Source: Lingula anatina (lineage: Eukaryota > Animalia > Brachiopoda). From it: a DNA stretch of 64,000 nucleotides. The stretch covers positions 9,920,001 to 9,984,000 of the forward strand of contig CM120645.1 in NCBI GenBank assembly GCA_051362555.1. The letters are read 5' to 3'. The notes below the pieces were generated by a model. It was not told where the DNA came from and did no database searches. It saw only the letters and a program-made list of their open reading frames with translations. A program made the translations under genes and the position numbers. Below, one piece after another: positions 1 to 11,153 of this stretch (positions are counted from its first letter, which is position 1; each line of letters opens with the position of its first letter).

Positions 1-594
1 AAGATCAGCATTGGTCAGAATTGTACCGGAAGTGACGTGTAGTGGCGTAAGACGTAAAGCTGAGTGGTCATTTTTAGCTGGAGGTGAATGGGAATGAAGA
101 CGTGGGCTTGGAGAAAAAAGCAGTTATTCTAACAACACGGTAAGATAACATTTTATCTTTATGCTTTGGGGAAGAGAATACTTGTTGAAACAATAGCTAG
201 CACATGATATGAAAACGTGTCACGGAACTTGAAGGTGCAAAATCATGGTTAATTTGCAGACAACTTGTTTTGAAATACATGCTGCATAAAAAAAGATACA
301 TCTTTGCACAGCAGTCGTAGATCGGTACGATTCAGTTGTCAATTACGAACTACTTCCTGGTTTTCACAAGGTCCTTCAAAACCTCTAAAACATCATTATA
401 ATTGCAGCACATACCATAAAACACCCAAAAATACTTAGATATGGACATATCAGATTATATAAATGTCAAAATTCTAAATGACAACGATTTATAGCCTCCC
501 GGGAATTTTTTTTAGAAGTTGAAGGGGGGGTGGTCAGGATCCCCCTATCATCCCCTAAATCCGCCACTGATGTATGTATGTATGTATAGACAGA

Positions 595-596
<2 letters not shown>

Positions 597-648
<52 letters not shown>
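597..648. repeat. (GT)n(GA)n compound microsatellite
   Basis: directly visible. Confidence 0.95.
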
Positions 649-662
649 CATGGTAAACATAC

Positions 663-2268
663 CTGCCAGGTTTTTCATCATAGATCATAAACCATGGGCA
701 GTATGTCTCCGTGGTGTTGGCAAGATTGTCTCTAGGATTTATTGGCACACAAAATCCACCCTCCTTTTTGTATGTGCCCCGTCGCCCCCAAAAACCACCT
801 TCACATCTGTGCGTGTGTCGTCGCATGGGTGACGCTATGGCTACTGCGACAACTAGTACGGCAAAGAGGTACAATCCCTGTAAAAGCAAAATGTGACAAT
901 TGTCCGATTTTAAGATTCAGTGGTCAAGGTGTTTGTAAATTTATTCATGATTGATATTCAACGTTTTAATATATATATATATATTTTTTTTCTAATACAA
1001 CTAAATAAACTTATTTGATCTTAATTTAATACTTTAAAGCAATAATAGCTCTTCCTTTGAGATTCAAAATTCCGCATGAAATACATTGTAAACAATGCAT
1101 GGAAATATATTCTATTGTATTTTACCACTAAAACGGCCGTTATTGTAGTAAAACTAAAATCTGTGCTTGTCAATAGGGCTTTCGATGCCAATTTCCCGGT
1201 CATCAAGGCATTCGTTGCTAATAACGTAATGGTGTCACGCGGATTCTCGCGTTCATTCGAGACCAAAATAACATATGGCGCCAAACGCATTAATGCAGAC
1301 GCAGACGTAAGTTGCAAGTTTTTGTACAGTGCGTCGGATAACGAAAAGACCAGAATGGCACACATTGTGGATATTAATGTATTTTTAACAAAAAGACGAA
1401 TATATCTCATGAATCTTATATAGTGTTGTTGTTGTCTGCTTTTCCCGCGGTTTTAAGTAGGTCAACAGTGACTATGCGATGTCAGAGAGAGCTCCGTCAG
1501 TTAAAATCTCTTAAGAGATTTTAACAAAAAAACTGACGTTTAGGAAAAAAACCCTGGATTAACTTTGAATGCAGGAATGGGGTCGTTGACCATTGGTAAG
1601 TACGGGAAAATTGCCGTTTTTTTCCGGGAAAATCCAATTTTTGGCCAAAACGAAGAGTTATTATGACTTTAAGTCGTTTTTCCAGCCGACTTAAAGTGAC
1701 AAACACTCATTCAACGTCAAGTAACATAACATACACCACTTCTTGATTTAAAAGTCAAAATAATTGTTAAACTGTTCATGGTTGATATACAGCGTTATTT
1801 GAAATACGCCTTGTTTGAGGGAGAGCAACACTTTTTGATCATATCTTCACAGATTTATATGTCATGAATTAATGTCGAGAAAAATTATTCAAATTTACTC
1901 CGACGACTTCTGACGAACATCGTCGCCTGTGACCCGCCATGCCAGTTTTAAATTGCCGCGGGGTACGGGAGTCGGTGCGAAAACTGAGCTCGAAGTGATG
2001 GCAGAATTTGAAAAAAAATAATTTAAATGTGGGGTTAGGACTTAATTGTCCCAAAATAACGTTTATAAGATTTTCAAGGGAACAATGTACATTTCAAAAA
2101 ATTTAAGATAACGCTGTCGGTCACAAGAAGTCTGTATTTATGCAGGGTTTTACTTGCTGGGCTATTGGAGCATTTACAGTAACCTTTCTTGATATTTCTC
2201 TTATTTTAAACTGAACAATTGATGAAAAACAAATGCGCATTCACACAAATACTCACTTTGATTTCCAT
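663..2268 (-). CDS. Secreted cysteine-containing protein, IL-17/cystine-knot-like (5' two coding exons: 2268-2257, 877-663; 3' exon not identified)
   Basis: ATG GAA ATC AAA|gtgagt splices in phase to ttttacag|GGA TTG..., giving MEIKGLYLFAVLVVAVAIA (signal-peptide-like) ... TETYCPWFMIYDEKPGR|gtatgt, which resembles the IL-17 'CPW....D..RYP' motif; TATAAAA on the minus strand at ~2404-2410. Confidence 0.55.
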
Positions 2269-2402
2269 GATAGTGCTTTTGACTTTTCCAACTTCGAGGA
2301 TAATACGATAAACCCGCAGCCTTGCTAAAAGGGACGGCGTTTTAAGAACCAACAAGAATCGAAGCCCAACGAGTCCGATATGGATAGGACAGGATAGCTG
2401 CA

Positions 2403-2410
2403 TTTTTATA
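2403..2410 (-). promoter_or_regulatory. TATA box of the IL-17-like gene
   Basis: TATAAAA on the minus strand ~135 bp upstream of the ATG at 2268. Confidence 0.45.
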
Positions 2411-2689
2411 AGATCTAGAACAATAGAAAATAACGACTTCCTCTTGTTGATTCTGTTAGTCACAGGAAGACATTTATAAAAAAAAAAGAATTAGAACATT
2501 GTATAAGACCTGACCGCTATAATCAGGAACCAAAGCACCGAATCTTGGACACCCTGTGTAATTTTTTTCAAAGGCTGGTTTTCTCGCCCACCCCGTGGTA
2601 TAATAATATCGTAATGCCCTTTTACCCAGAGCGAATACAGTCGCTGACGGGTTATACAGGGCGTTTAGGCGGGTTATACAGGGCGTTAT

Positions 2690-2776
2690 AGGTCAAATTT
2701 TACCCAGAGTGGACCTTTTCCCAGCAAAAAGGGTGGTTCTTTCGAACCCCCCGAACCCCCCCTGGCTACGGGCCTG
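2690..2776 (-). mobile_element. Partial copy of the CAGGCCCGTAGCCAG-terminated MITE (empty-site version of 8777-9121)
   Basis: Reverse complement matches the 5' part of 8777-9121 but lacks the nested insertion. Confidence 0.75.
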
Positions 2777-4257
2777 AAGACATTTGGTTACTTGGTTCAC
2801 ACATTATTTTGAGTGTACTGTCTGTAAGAGATGACAACGAATCCACTGTACATTCTTTTGTGGGACTTAATCCCTTGAAAAATACTCATTCCTGTATTCG
2901 GTCTGTTACGTGCATACGTATAATATATGTAGAAAATTCTAGCGTTGGGGCCATCTCGTGAAAAGTTTATTTCATTCTCGTCATAGTCATTAGAATCATT
3001 CCAATTAATAACTTACTTTAAGTCGTATACATGTAGTGTACATATGTCTTTTTTCATACAGGATTAGGTCGAAAATAGTCAAAAGAAAGCCTGCTTTTGC
3101 TACTGCTTCAGTTGATCCTGTTTCTTAATCTACATTAAAAGATCGTATTCTACTTCATTTATTGCCGATTTTGTTTGGCAGGAAGGGTGTGATAGGAGAA
3201 GAAGGAAAAGGAAGTTAATGTGATATAGCCGCAAAGACGGGATCCGTCATACCTGTACTTGGTGCATTAGTGTACAGTATTTGGTTCAATTTTCGTTCTT
3301 TAATAGTTAAGTAATTAATTTTCAGGACATTCATATTCTCAAACCCACCCTGGGGCCGGGACTAACAAGTTATAATCAAGATTGAAGTAATTATCTGTTC
3401 ACCTTTACCTGACCAGGTAATTTTGTTGTAACCAAGTCTGTCAGAGTGAACAGACGAAACAGTCAACAGGTAGATCAAATATGTGGATCTTCTATAAATG
3501 AAAACTTTTCGACTGATAATATAGAATAATGAGACAATATTGCAGTTCAAAAGGTGCTAGAAAAAATAGGTGAACGCGTGATCGGTAGAAAGAGATTAGA
3601 GTATAAGTATCCCAGTATGTATATGTACAAAAAGGAAAGAGTCGGTTAATAAACGTTTGAAACTGCAAATCGCCGCCGTCATAACAAGAGTGCTTTTCGC
3701 GCGCGTGCGTTGGATGCGTTGAGCTCAACTCAGATCGTCGTCTTGATCAGACCATAGTGAGAAAATTGGATTGTACTCGAAATCCATCATCATGTTTTGA
3801 AGTCGACTTTTTAAATCAATAGTAATATATTTCTTTGATTTATCAGTTTCGTTTAAAAGCAACTACAGCGAAGTTGAATTTAGAATAAATGAAGACAACT
3901 TGGTCATGGCTATTTCTGCATAATCGTGCGTCTCACGTCCTCTCGAAAAACATTTCCTCTGCGTTTTTATAATCACCATATTCCGTCAAGAAAATCTAAA
4001 TAAATAAAATTATTTCGATCTTGAAATTAATTTTATTCACCCACATCAGTGTTTATTTTTTAAATAAAACAGGGCGTCGGTCAAGATGCGGAACGTACGC
4101 CAAACGTCTTAGTTCCGACACTGACGGGGCGTGAATAAATCAACAGGTCTGTACTTCCATGTATCTCGTCTATACTTCCCTGTATCTCTTCCTTTGATTT
4201 AAAAAAATTAGACATGAAGAAATGGTAAAGAATTTGAGTGTGTCCTAAAGTGTAAGA

Positions 4258-4424
4258 CTGGGGCGGATCCAGAGATATTTTTTGAGTCTTCCAAATTGTC
4301 TTTTTTTATCCATCCTCAATTTTTGACAGTCTTCCGACAGAAAATTTAAATCCCCGTCAATGTAAACTTGAAAAATTCTGACCGTCTTCCATAAGACCGA
4401 GAAGAGGGCCTCAATCCGCCCCTG
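4258..4424 (+). mobile_element. ~168-bp MITE, CAGGGGCGGAT-terminus family (hAT-like)
   Basis: TIR ggggcggat...atccgcccctg; near-identical copies at 7651, 8838, 13046. Confidence 0.8.
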
Positions 4425-4436
4425 TTAAACTTGAAT

Positions 4437-6425
4437 TTCGCCCAAACTTTGTAGTAGTGTCATACACAGTCTCAAATTTATTAACGAGGGGAGTGATCAT
4501 CATAGATCATCATAGTAAAGATACTGTTAGCCTCCACGGGGAATACGACGTCAATTTTTAAAATTTATTTACGATGTTGACGCCTAGAAACACACGTTTG
4601 ACTTCAATGACGGAACTTAATCTTAAATTCCATTTGGAATAAAGAGGCAATGTAAATAAAACGCGAGCACAAAATGACTAGGACAAATAGATCATATAAT
4701 ACAAATAAAACGAGTTTAATGGGAAAGAAAATATGTCCTATTGACACGTTAAACTGCATGCTTTTATAGTACACAACTATTAGGCAAATAAACGATTACA
4801 CCAACCACGGCATAATTGAGGAGGGTCAAAAACGTCAGTTTTGTGATTTCAGTCCAAAAAAATTAGAGAAAAATACAATTTCTACAAAAGTGACAATTTC
4901 AAATAAAACTAAAAGAGTATATATTCAATTAAAAGATTTGCAATAGTTACGCGTATCTGTAACTTATGCCTTTGAACGTGTCAAGGTTTAACGCATGAGA
5001 ATGAAACCCCCCGCCCCCCTTGAAAAAGCCCCCTCCTCTAAACGAGATAGCCTTGGGTGTGAACCACTTCTACACCTTGAAGCTTTTCCTTTAGGGCGAC
5101 ACATTCCCTACATTTCTTTAAGTGAGGCACACTTCGGATATTTGACGCCTCACTTTGACAAACATTTACCTTGCGATCAAAAGAAATAAAATACAAAAGA
5201 GGACGACCTTAAAATGCACCATCATTGTACCAAGCGAACACCACAACTTTGGCGAACGTAGCAGAGCCGTGCGTATATGTTGAAGAAAATACCTGAGGCT
5301 GAGCTATCTGTTTAAGACCTACAAATATAAACCGATCTGTGCACATCTCTCTCATTAATATGAGAAAAAAAATGATGTGATGAAGTGTTGAAGAGATTGA
5401 GTGTCCTAAAGCTTTCAATATCACCGTTGTGGAAAGAGCCTCTAATAAACACACTGAAATTGTTGTGGCGGTATTCTAACACACCTCACACTATTAAACT
5501 TCTTTTAAAGAAGTTGTTTCCACATAGACGGACGCGATTACAGTATGATATGTAACATAATATTCACCCAAACTTTGTAGTAATGTCATACACTGTCTCA
5601 GACTGATGAAAGTATAGTAATAACATATAGATACTGGATAATGATACGGTCAGCCTCCACGCGGAATGCGACGCCGTTTATTTAAATATATATATATTTT
5701 AACTATTTTTGTATTTAGGACGTTGATACCAACTAATGTTTGACTTAAGTGACGAAAGTTAACCCTGAATTCAAATTGAAATAAAGAGGCAGTGCAGTTC
5801 TGTGGAAATAAAGTGCGAGCGGACAATAGCCGGGTCAAAATCCAAATCATGCAAATAAATCAATTCTTTAGTGTGCAAGAAAACACGTTCTATTTATAGC
5901 TTAAACTGTAAGATTTAACAATACACCAATATCAGCCATAGAAACTATTTTACCAACCATATCATTCACTTATGCTTTTTGAATGTGTAAAGATTTAACG
6001 CGACAGGATGAAACCCGGCTTTGAAAAAATCTTCTTCCCTAAACAAGAATGCACCAACATCGCACCAGGCGAACCTCGCAACTTAGGCTTCGTTCACATG
6101 CAATGTCTATTTTCTAAATTCTATTTTCTATTTGCGGCATGTCTTATGATCACGGTCTGTGCTCTGAATATCCCGCCGCGTAATTACTGGCAGCGCGAGC
6201 CAGTTACTATAAGTTACTATAAGTAACTGGCTTGCGCTGCCAGTAATTACGCGGCGGGATATTCAGTGCACAGACCGTGATCATAAGATAGCGCGAATAG
6301 AAAATAGAATTTAGAAAATAGACATTGCATGTGAACGAAGCCTTAGTCGAACGTTCCAGAGGCGTGCGAGGCTGAAAGAAGTATGTCTGTGGGTGGAGAT
6401 ATCTGTTAGAGACCTACAAATACAA
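4437..6425. repeat. Old diverged tandem duplication, ~1.1-kb unit
   Basis: Colinear matches: cccaaactttgtagt(a)gtgtcatac 4440/5567; agcctccacg 4529/5652; atctgtt..gacctacaaata 5306/6401. Confidence 0.7.
6086..6342. mobile_element. Fully palindromic 257-bp MITE, PIF/Harbinger (Tourist)-like
   Basis: ~120-bp near-perfect arms ggcttcgttcacatgc.../...gcatgtgaacgaagcc; TTA on both flanks. Confidence 0.85.
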
Positions 6426-7650
6426 TGAAGGAGGTTATTTTATCGACTGTCCACTGGCATTCATCTAGACACTGAGTGACAAAAAGTAAGAGAATTCTGG
6501 TGGTTTGAGGGAAGGGAAAGGGCTTACATGCATGACGACCCCCCTAAAACATAAGGAAATGAATATTAAAAGTAAAAAGAAAGAAAGAAAAAATTAAAAC
6601 TTTTGAAGTGATGGGTGCTCTGTAAGGTATTAAGCAAACCAAAAACTGTAATACATAAAATTTGAAATCATACATTTAAAATTTTGTTTAAATATCATAT
6701 CAGGGTCCTGTAGTGTATGTGGCTCAAAACGTACATTTTTGTGTGTGTATGTCGTGTCAGTACACCAAACTGAATCCTTTAAGCACAAGGTGGAAGGGAG
6801 TTTGTATCAATGGTTTTGATAACTATCCTGATGTAAAGTCAGAATACTCACTAACTTTCGTGTGCGCTCGGCTTAATTATTCCTCAGCTTCTCGAGGAGG
6901 CGTGGCAGGCAATTGAGCTGATTACATTGATTGCACTTAAGCAAGAAACTCCGCAGAGTTGGATCGACCCAGCTGGTACGATGTCTGAATCTGAATGCTC
7001 CCTGAGACACGTGTTTTACAGTGCCTTATTACTGTGACCTGTTACATGTACGTCATACGCGTTGATTTAGTTACTAATTATTATTCGACAGAGGTCACGG
7101 CTAGATAGGCATGTCCAGCGGATAGATATATAGTTTTATTGAAATCAAATGCACCACTTCCACAGTGATTAGGCACAATTCGTTCATAATACAACAGAAA
7201 AGGTATGTAAAAAAAAGAAAATACAACTTAATACAATAAGCACAAAAACAACTACCAAGATTCTTGATTAAGAACCTGGCTTTTAAATTATTTTACATTA
7301 TAGTTAAGAATAATTTGAAATTCTAAACCCCCTTATATGTTACGCACCTTGCGTGCATATAGTCCTTCACTGGCGAAATTGGATGGAATTATTCTAATAT
7401 TAAAAATGATCAAGATTATAAGCTTTAAAACTAGAGTTGACTGTTTTATGCAGATGCAGAGCTAGAGGCGTTGTTTCTGAGGGTGCAGGTCCATACATTT
7501 TTATATTAATATTACTTATTTTGCCCCAACAATAAAGGCATCACTAAGAGTTTGGAAAATAAATTTTTTCATAATGCCTCACATTCCACAAGGTTTTAAT
7601 TTCTTATAATTGTTATCATAGCAAAATAAAAACTCTCTTTGTCACGTATA

Positions 7651-7818
7651 CAGGGCCAGATTGAGGCCGTCTTCTGGGTCTTCCGGAAGACAGTCAGATT
7701 TTCAAGTTTACATTGACGGGTAACTAAATTTTTCTGTCGGAAGACGGTCAAAAATGAAGGAGGGATCAACAAAGAAAATTTTGAAGCCTGTCAGAATATA
7801 TCTCTGGATCTGCCCCTG
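7651..7818 (-). mobile_element. MITE, CAGGGGCGGAT family
   Basis: Reverse-orientation copy of 13046-13214; flanks cgtata/cgtatg. Confidence 0.8.
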
Positions 7819-8776
7819 CGTATGTACCGAAAGTTGGTGATATTTTTTTTTCTATTATTGCACATAAATGTAACCTTTCAGCTGTTCATCTTACGCAGTG
7901 GCACATGACATGTAGCTCATCTTTCAATTCTAAGGTTAGATCGGGCAATGAGTCCCCTTTTCCCCCATTTCCCCCTTTGCGTGTCATATCGTTAAATGAC
8001 TTTTTGGTGCAGGTGTTGAAAAATAAATACAGGTGTTTTATCAAACACCATTTAACCACAATATTTTATTAAATACTTTATAGGCCTATATTTGAGGTTG
8101 TTCGAGCCTACTTAATTTATTTACGTTATTTTGCCATTTTTTTTATTTCTACAACTATGCAGTAAATTGTTTATGCCCACGTTTTTCGTGTAGGTGAATA
8201 TCAATAATAAGCAATCTGAATCTGGCTTCCTGTGTGTGGTTTTTGGACGACGCCCACTGGATTACGATGGCAAAATACTACTTTATTATCAATTTTTGGG
8301 TGGTCCCACTTTCTCTTTCGTCTGAAATACTCAATCATTTAAAGAAACGTCCTACATGTTTCAGATCATGACCTATAGAATTTCCATTAAACGCTGTAAT
8401 TTCATATTTGAAGAAAGTGTACTGACAGTTGTGTACGTGAAGGCATTTTGTCATTATCCTGAAATTCTTTTTGTAAAATATTTCAATTTGACTCGTTGAC
8501 AAGTAAATGAAGAAGGCAAACAGCATGAAAGTGGTTGGTTATTAAAATAACACCCACTTGACTGGAATAGGCCCTACTTTGCAGCTGAATGTTACTCGAA
8601 AATTAAAGGTAAATTTAACGTGCCAAAACCCCATGGGGGATGATGACAGGGCTTTTCACTATACTTTACCGAAACCACAGAATTTGTTTGCTAGATATCC
8701 ACAGATATTTATATGGCCATTCAGTGCACATTTCTATAATGTTTTTTTAAAATAAATATATCGATGTCATCACTTG

Positions 8777-9121
8777 CAGACCCGTAGCCAGGGGGAGTTC
8801 GGGGGGTTCGAAAGAACCCCCCTTTTTGCTGAAAAAACAGGGGCGGATTTAGGCCGTCTTCTGGGTCTTCCGGAAGACGGTCAGATTTTCAAGTTTACAT
8901 TGACGGGTATCCAATTTTTCCTGTTGGAAGACGGTCAAAATTGGAGGATGAATCAACAAAGATAATTTGGAAGACTGTCAGTAAATAGCTCTGGATCCGC
9001 CCCTGAAAAAGGTCCACTCTGGGTAAAATTTGACATAAGTAAATGGGGATTTTTCGGTAAAAGGTCCACTTTTTCAGAAAAAGACCCCCCCCCCCCTTTG
9101 AAATTGCTGGCTACGGGCCTG
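8777..9121 (+). mobile_element. MITE (CAG.CCCGTAGCCAG TIRs, 5-bp TSD acttg) containing a nested CAGGGGCGGAT-family MITE at 8838-9005
   Basis: TIRs cagacccgtagccag/ctggctacgggcctg; acttg on both flanks; nested element flanked by A-runs. Confidence 0.85.
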
Positions 9122-9900
9122 ACTTGTCACTGCTTCGATCATCTGGGCCCCGTAACTCGAAAGCATCGCGTATTGTGAATAGCGATATTACATAGAGGCT
9201 ACAATGTATTATATGGGGCGAGTGTGGGCCAGTTATGGCATCAAGACACTTGCGGTCGGTCGCCTGTTCCGTTGAACGAAGATCGACGCTCAAGAGACAT
9301 GTAAGGTCATTCCATAATTTCTTCCGTGCAGTGAATATGGTCAAAACGCAGATGAAATTCTTTGTCATTTATTGGTATTGGAATGAAAAATCATTGTATA
9401 TTATGTTGTAAAGTTATTAACTTACGCTTTCCCTATTTGCAGATAATAATCAAAACGGAATCAAACGAGTAAAAGGATAGGGAGTTATTGAGTGTAAGTC
9501 ATTTCTTTAAGAGTTAACGAGTGTAGAAAATGTTTTCGTGGTAGGAAAATATGGAACATGTCAAAGTCACATATAGTTCTATTTGATTGGTTAATTTCTC
9601 AATAGAAATGCAAGTTTCTGACACGCGTAAAACACCTATAAAGTAAGGATAGATTTGGTCCAAGCATGAGTAATTCAAATAATATTTTTAATTGAAAACA
9701 AGTCTCTTAGAAATTACTTAATAAGAAAATGGTGAATGGTGGTTTGCAACAATGGAGAGAAGTGAGCGCATGATCAGTACGGAGAAATAGAGTAGGCCTA
9801 TAAATACTTGTGAAATTGTATGAAAAAGGCAGGCGGTGAATAAAAGTTGAAAGCTCCAGATCGTTGTTATTGTCACTATATTAATTCGTATGATAGTTAA

Positions 9901-10688
9901 GGATATTGTCAGCCTTCACCAAAAACCCTTATTTACTACCTTATATGCATTTTTGGGGGTAAATGATAAATCTTCAGTATTCAACGACTAAATAAATTAA
10001 CGTTTACACATATGCCATCTTACGGGTGACTTCATAATTGCGATTTAGGGGAAAAAAACTGAAAAATAGGTTTCTCAAATTTCTCTTTTATCCTAGCACC
10101 CACGATCACCTTTTCAACGAAAAATTTAATGACATCATTAAGTACTCCAAAACCCTGCCATCGATTTTTCTTAATAGTCTTTGTTCAGATGTTATCGTTC
10201 ATAAAACCATCTAATGCTTTTACTTAAATGAAAATCTGAAATTGGGGGCTCACAACTCCATATCAAAAACTTTTAAACCAAAATGACGGCACGGGATTGT
10301 AGCCTAAATTTAGTTACAATCCCGTGCCCATTAGAAACAGTGTTACAGCTCTCTCATGGAAATCCTGGGAATTGACTCGTTTATTTTATTTTTATTTATT
10401 TATTCTATACACTCGGGGCCAATTTTCGTGATGAAATCTTTTTACGACTAAAAACGATTGCTATCTCACCTCAAAATAGAAAGGTGTTATACAGACTATT
10501 AAAGCTTCGAGTTGCCTACGTTTATACATTGCAACGAGAATGATAAACACCGATATTTTAATTTTTCGAGGATTTTTTATTGTTTTATTGTGTTAAATCA
10601 GCACAAATATAGATGCATTATTTCATAATTAGATGCAAGAAAAACCTCATTTTCGGTATCTGGATGATAATTAAGGATAACAATATCC
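9901..10688. mobile_element. Non-autonomous DNA transposon with TTAA TSD (Kolobok-like, RR termini)
   Basis: ttaa|ggatattgtcagcct ... aggataacaatatcc|ttaa (15-bp TIR, 2 mismatches). Confidence 0.65.
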
Positions 10689-10862
10689 TTAAATGCACCA
10701 AATATTATATGCAATGAACAGTTCAACTTACAGAGACATTAGAATATCTTTGACTGCTGGAAGACTTACTGAAAATATTTGCTTTAGAAAATATTTTGAA
10801 ACTATCAGATACTTTATTGCATTACACTTTTATTTTTAGGGGGGTTGGTTTTGGTTTCACAT

Positions 10863-11118
10863 CTGGCCCCGGTTTCCCAAAAAAAAAAAAAAAATAAAAA
10901 TAAATAAATAAATAAATAATAATAAAAATAATAATAATAATAATTCTGGGTCCCTGGCAAAGAACTTAATTACCAACGTTACATGGGCACGTGTGCGTGT
11001 CTTATCCCATCAGAAACAGCGTTACAGCTCTCTCATGGAAATCCTGGGAATTGACTCCTTTACTTTTTATTTATTTATTTTTTTTTAATTTAATTTTTTT
11101 TTGTGAAACTGGGGCCAG
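10863..11118. mobile_element. MITE in the ALG10 3' UTR region
   Basis: TIRs ctggccccggtttcccaaaaa / tttttgtgaaactggggccag; internal ~60 bp shared with 10327-10390. Confidence 0.65.
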
Positions 11119-11153
11119 CTACATTTTATTACCAGACAGATAATTCATCTCCC

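Noticed and set aside
466-954. ORFs with HTHT/CVCV/SLSL runs
   Set aside because: Microsatellite read-through; only 663-877 (-) is supported as an exon
1021-1423. Overlapping 115-129 aa ORFs on both strands
   Set aside because: No recognisable domain or splice support; lies in the IL-17-like intron, probably decayed repeat
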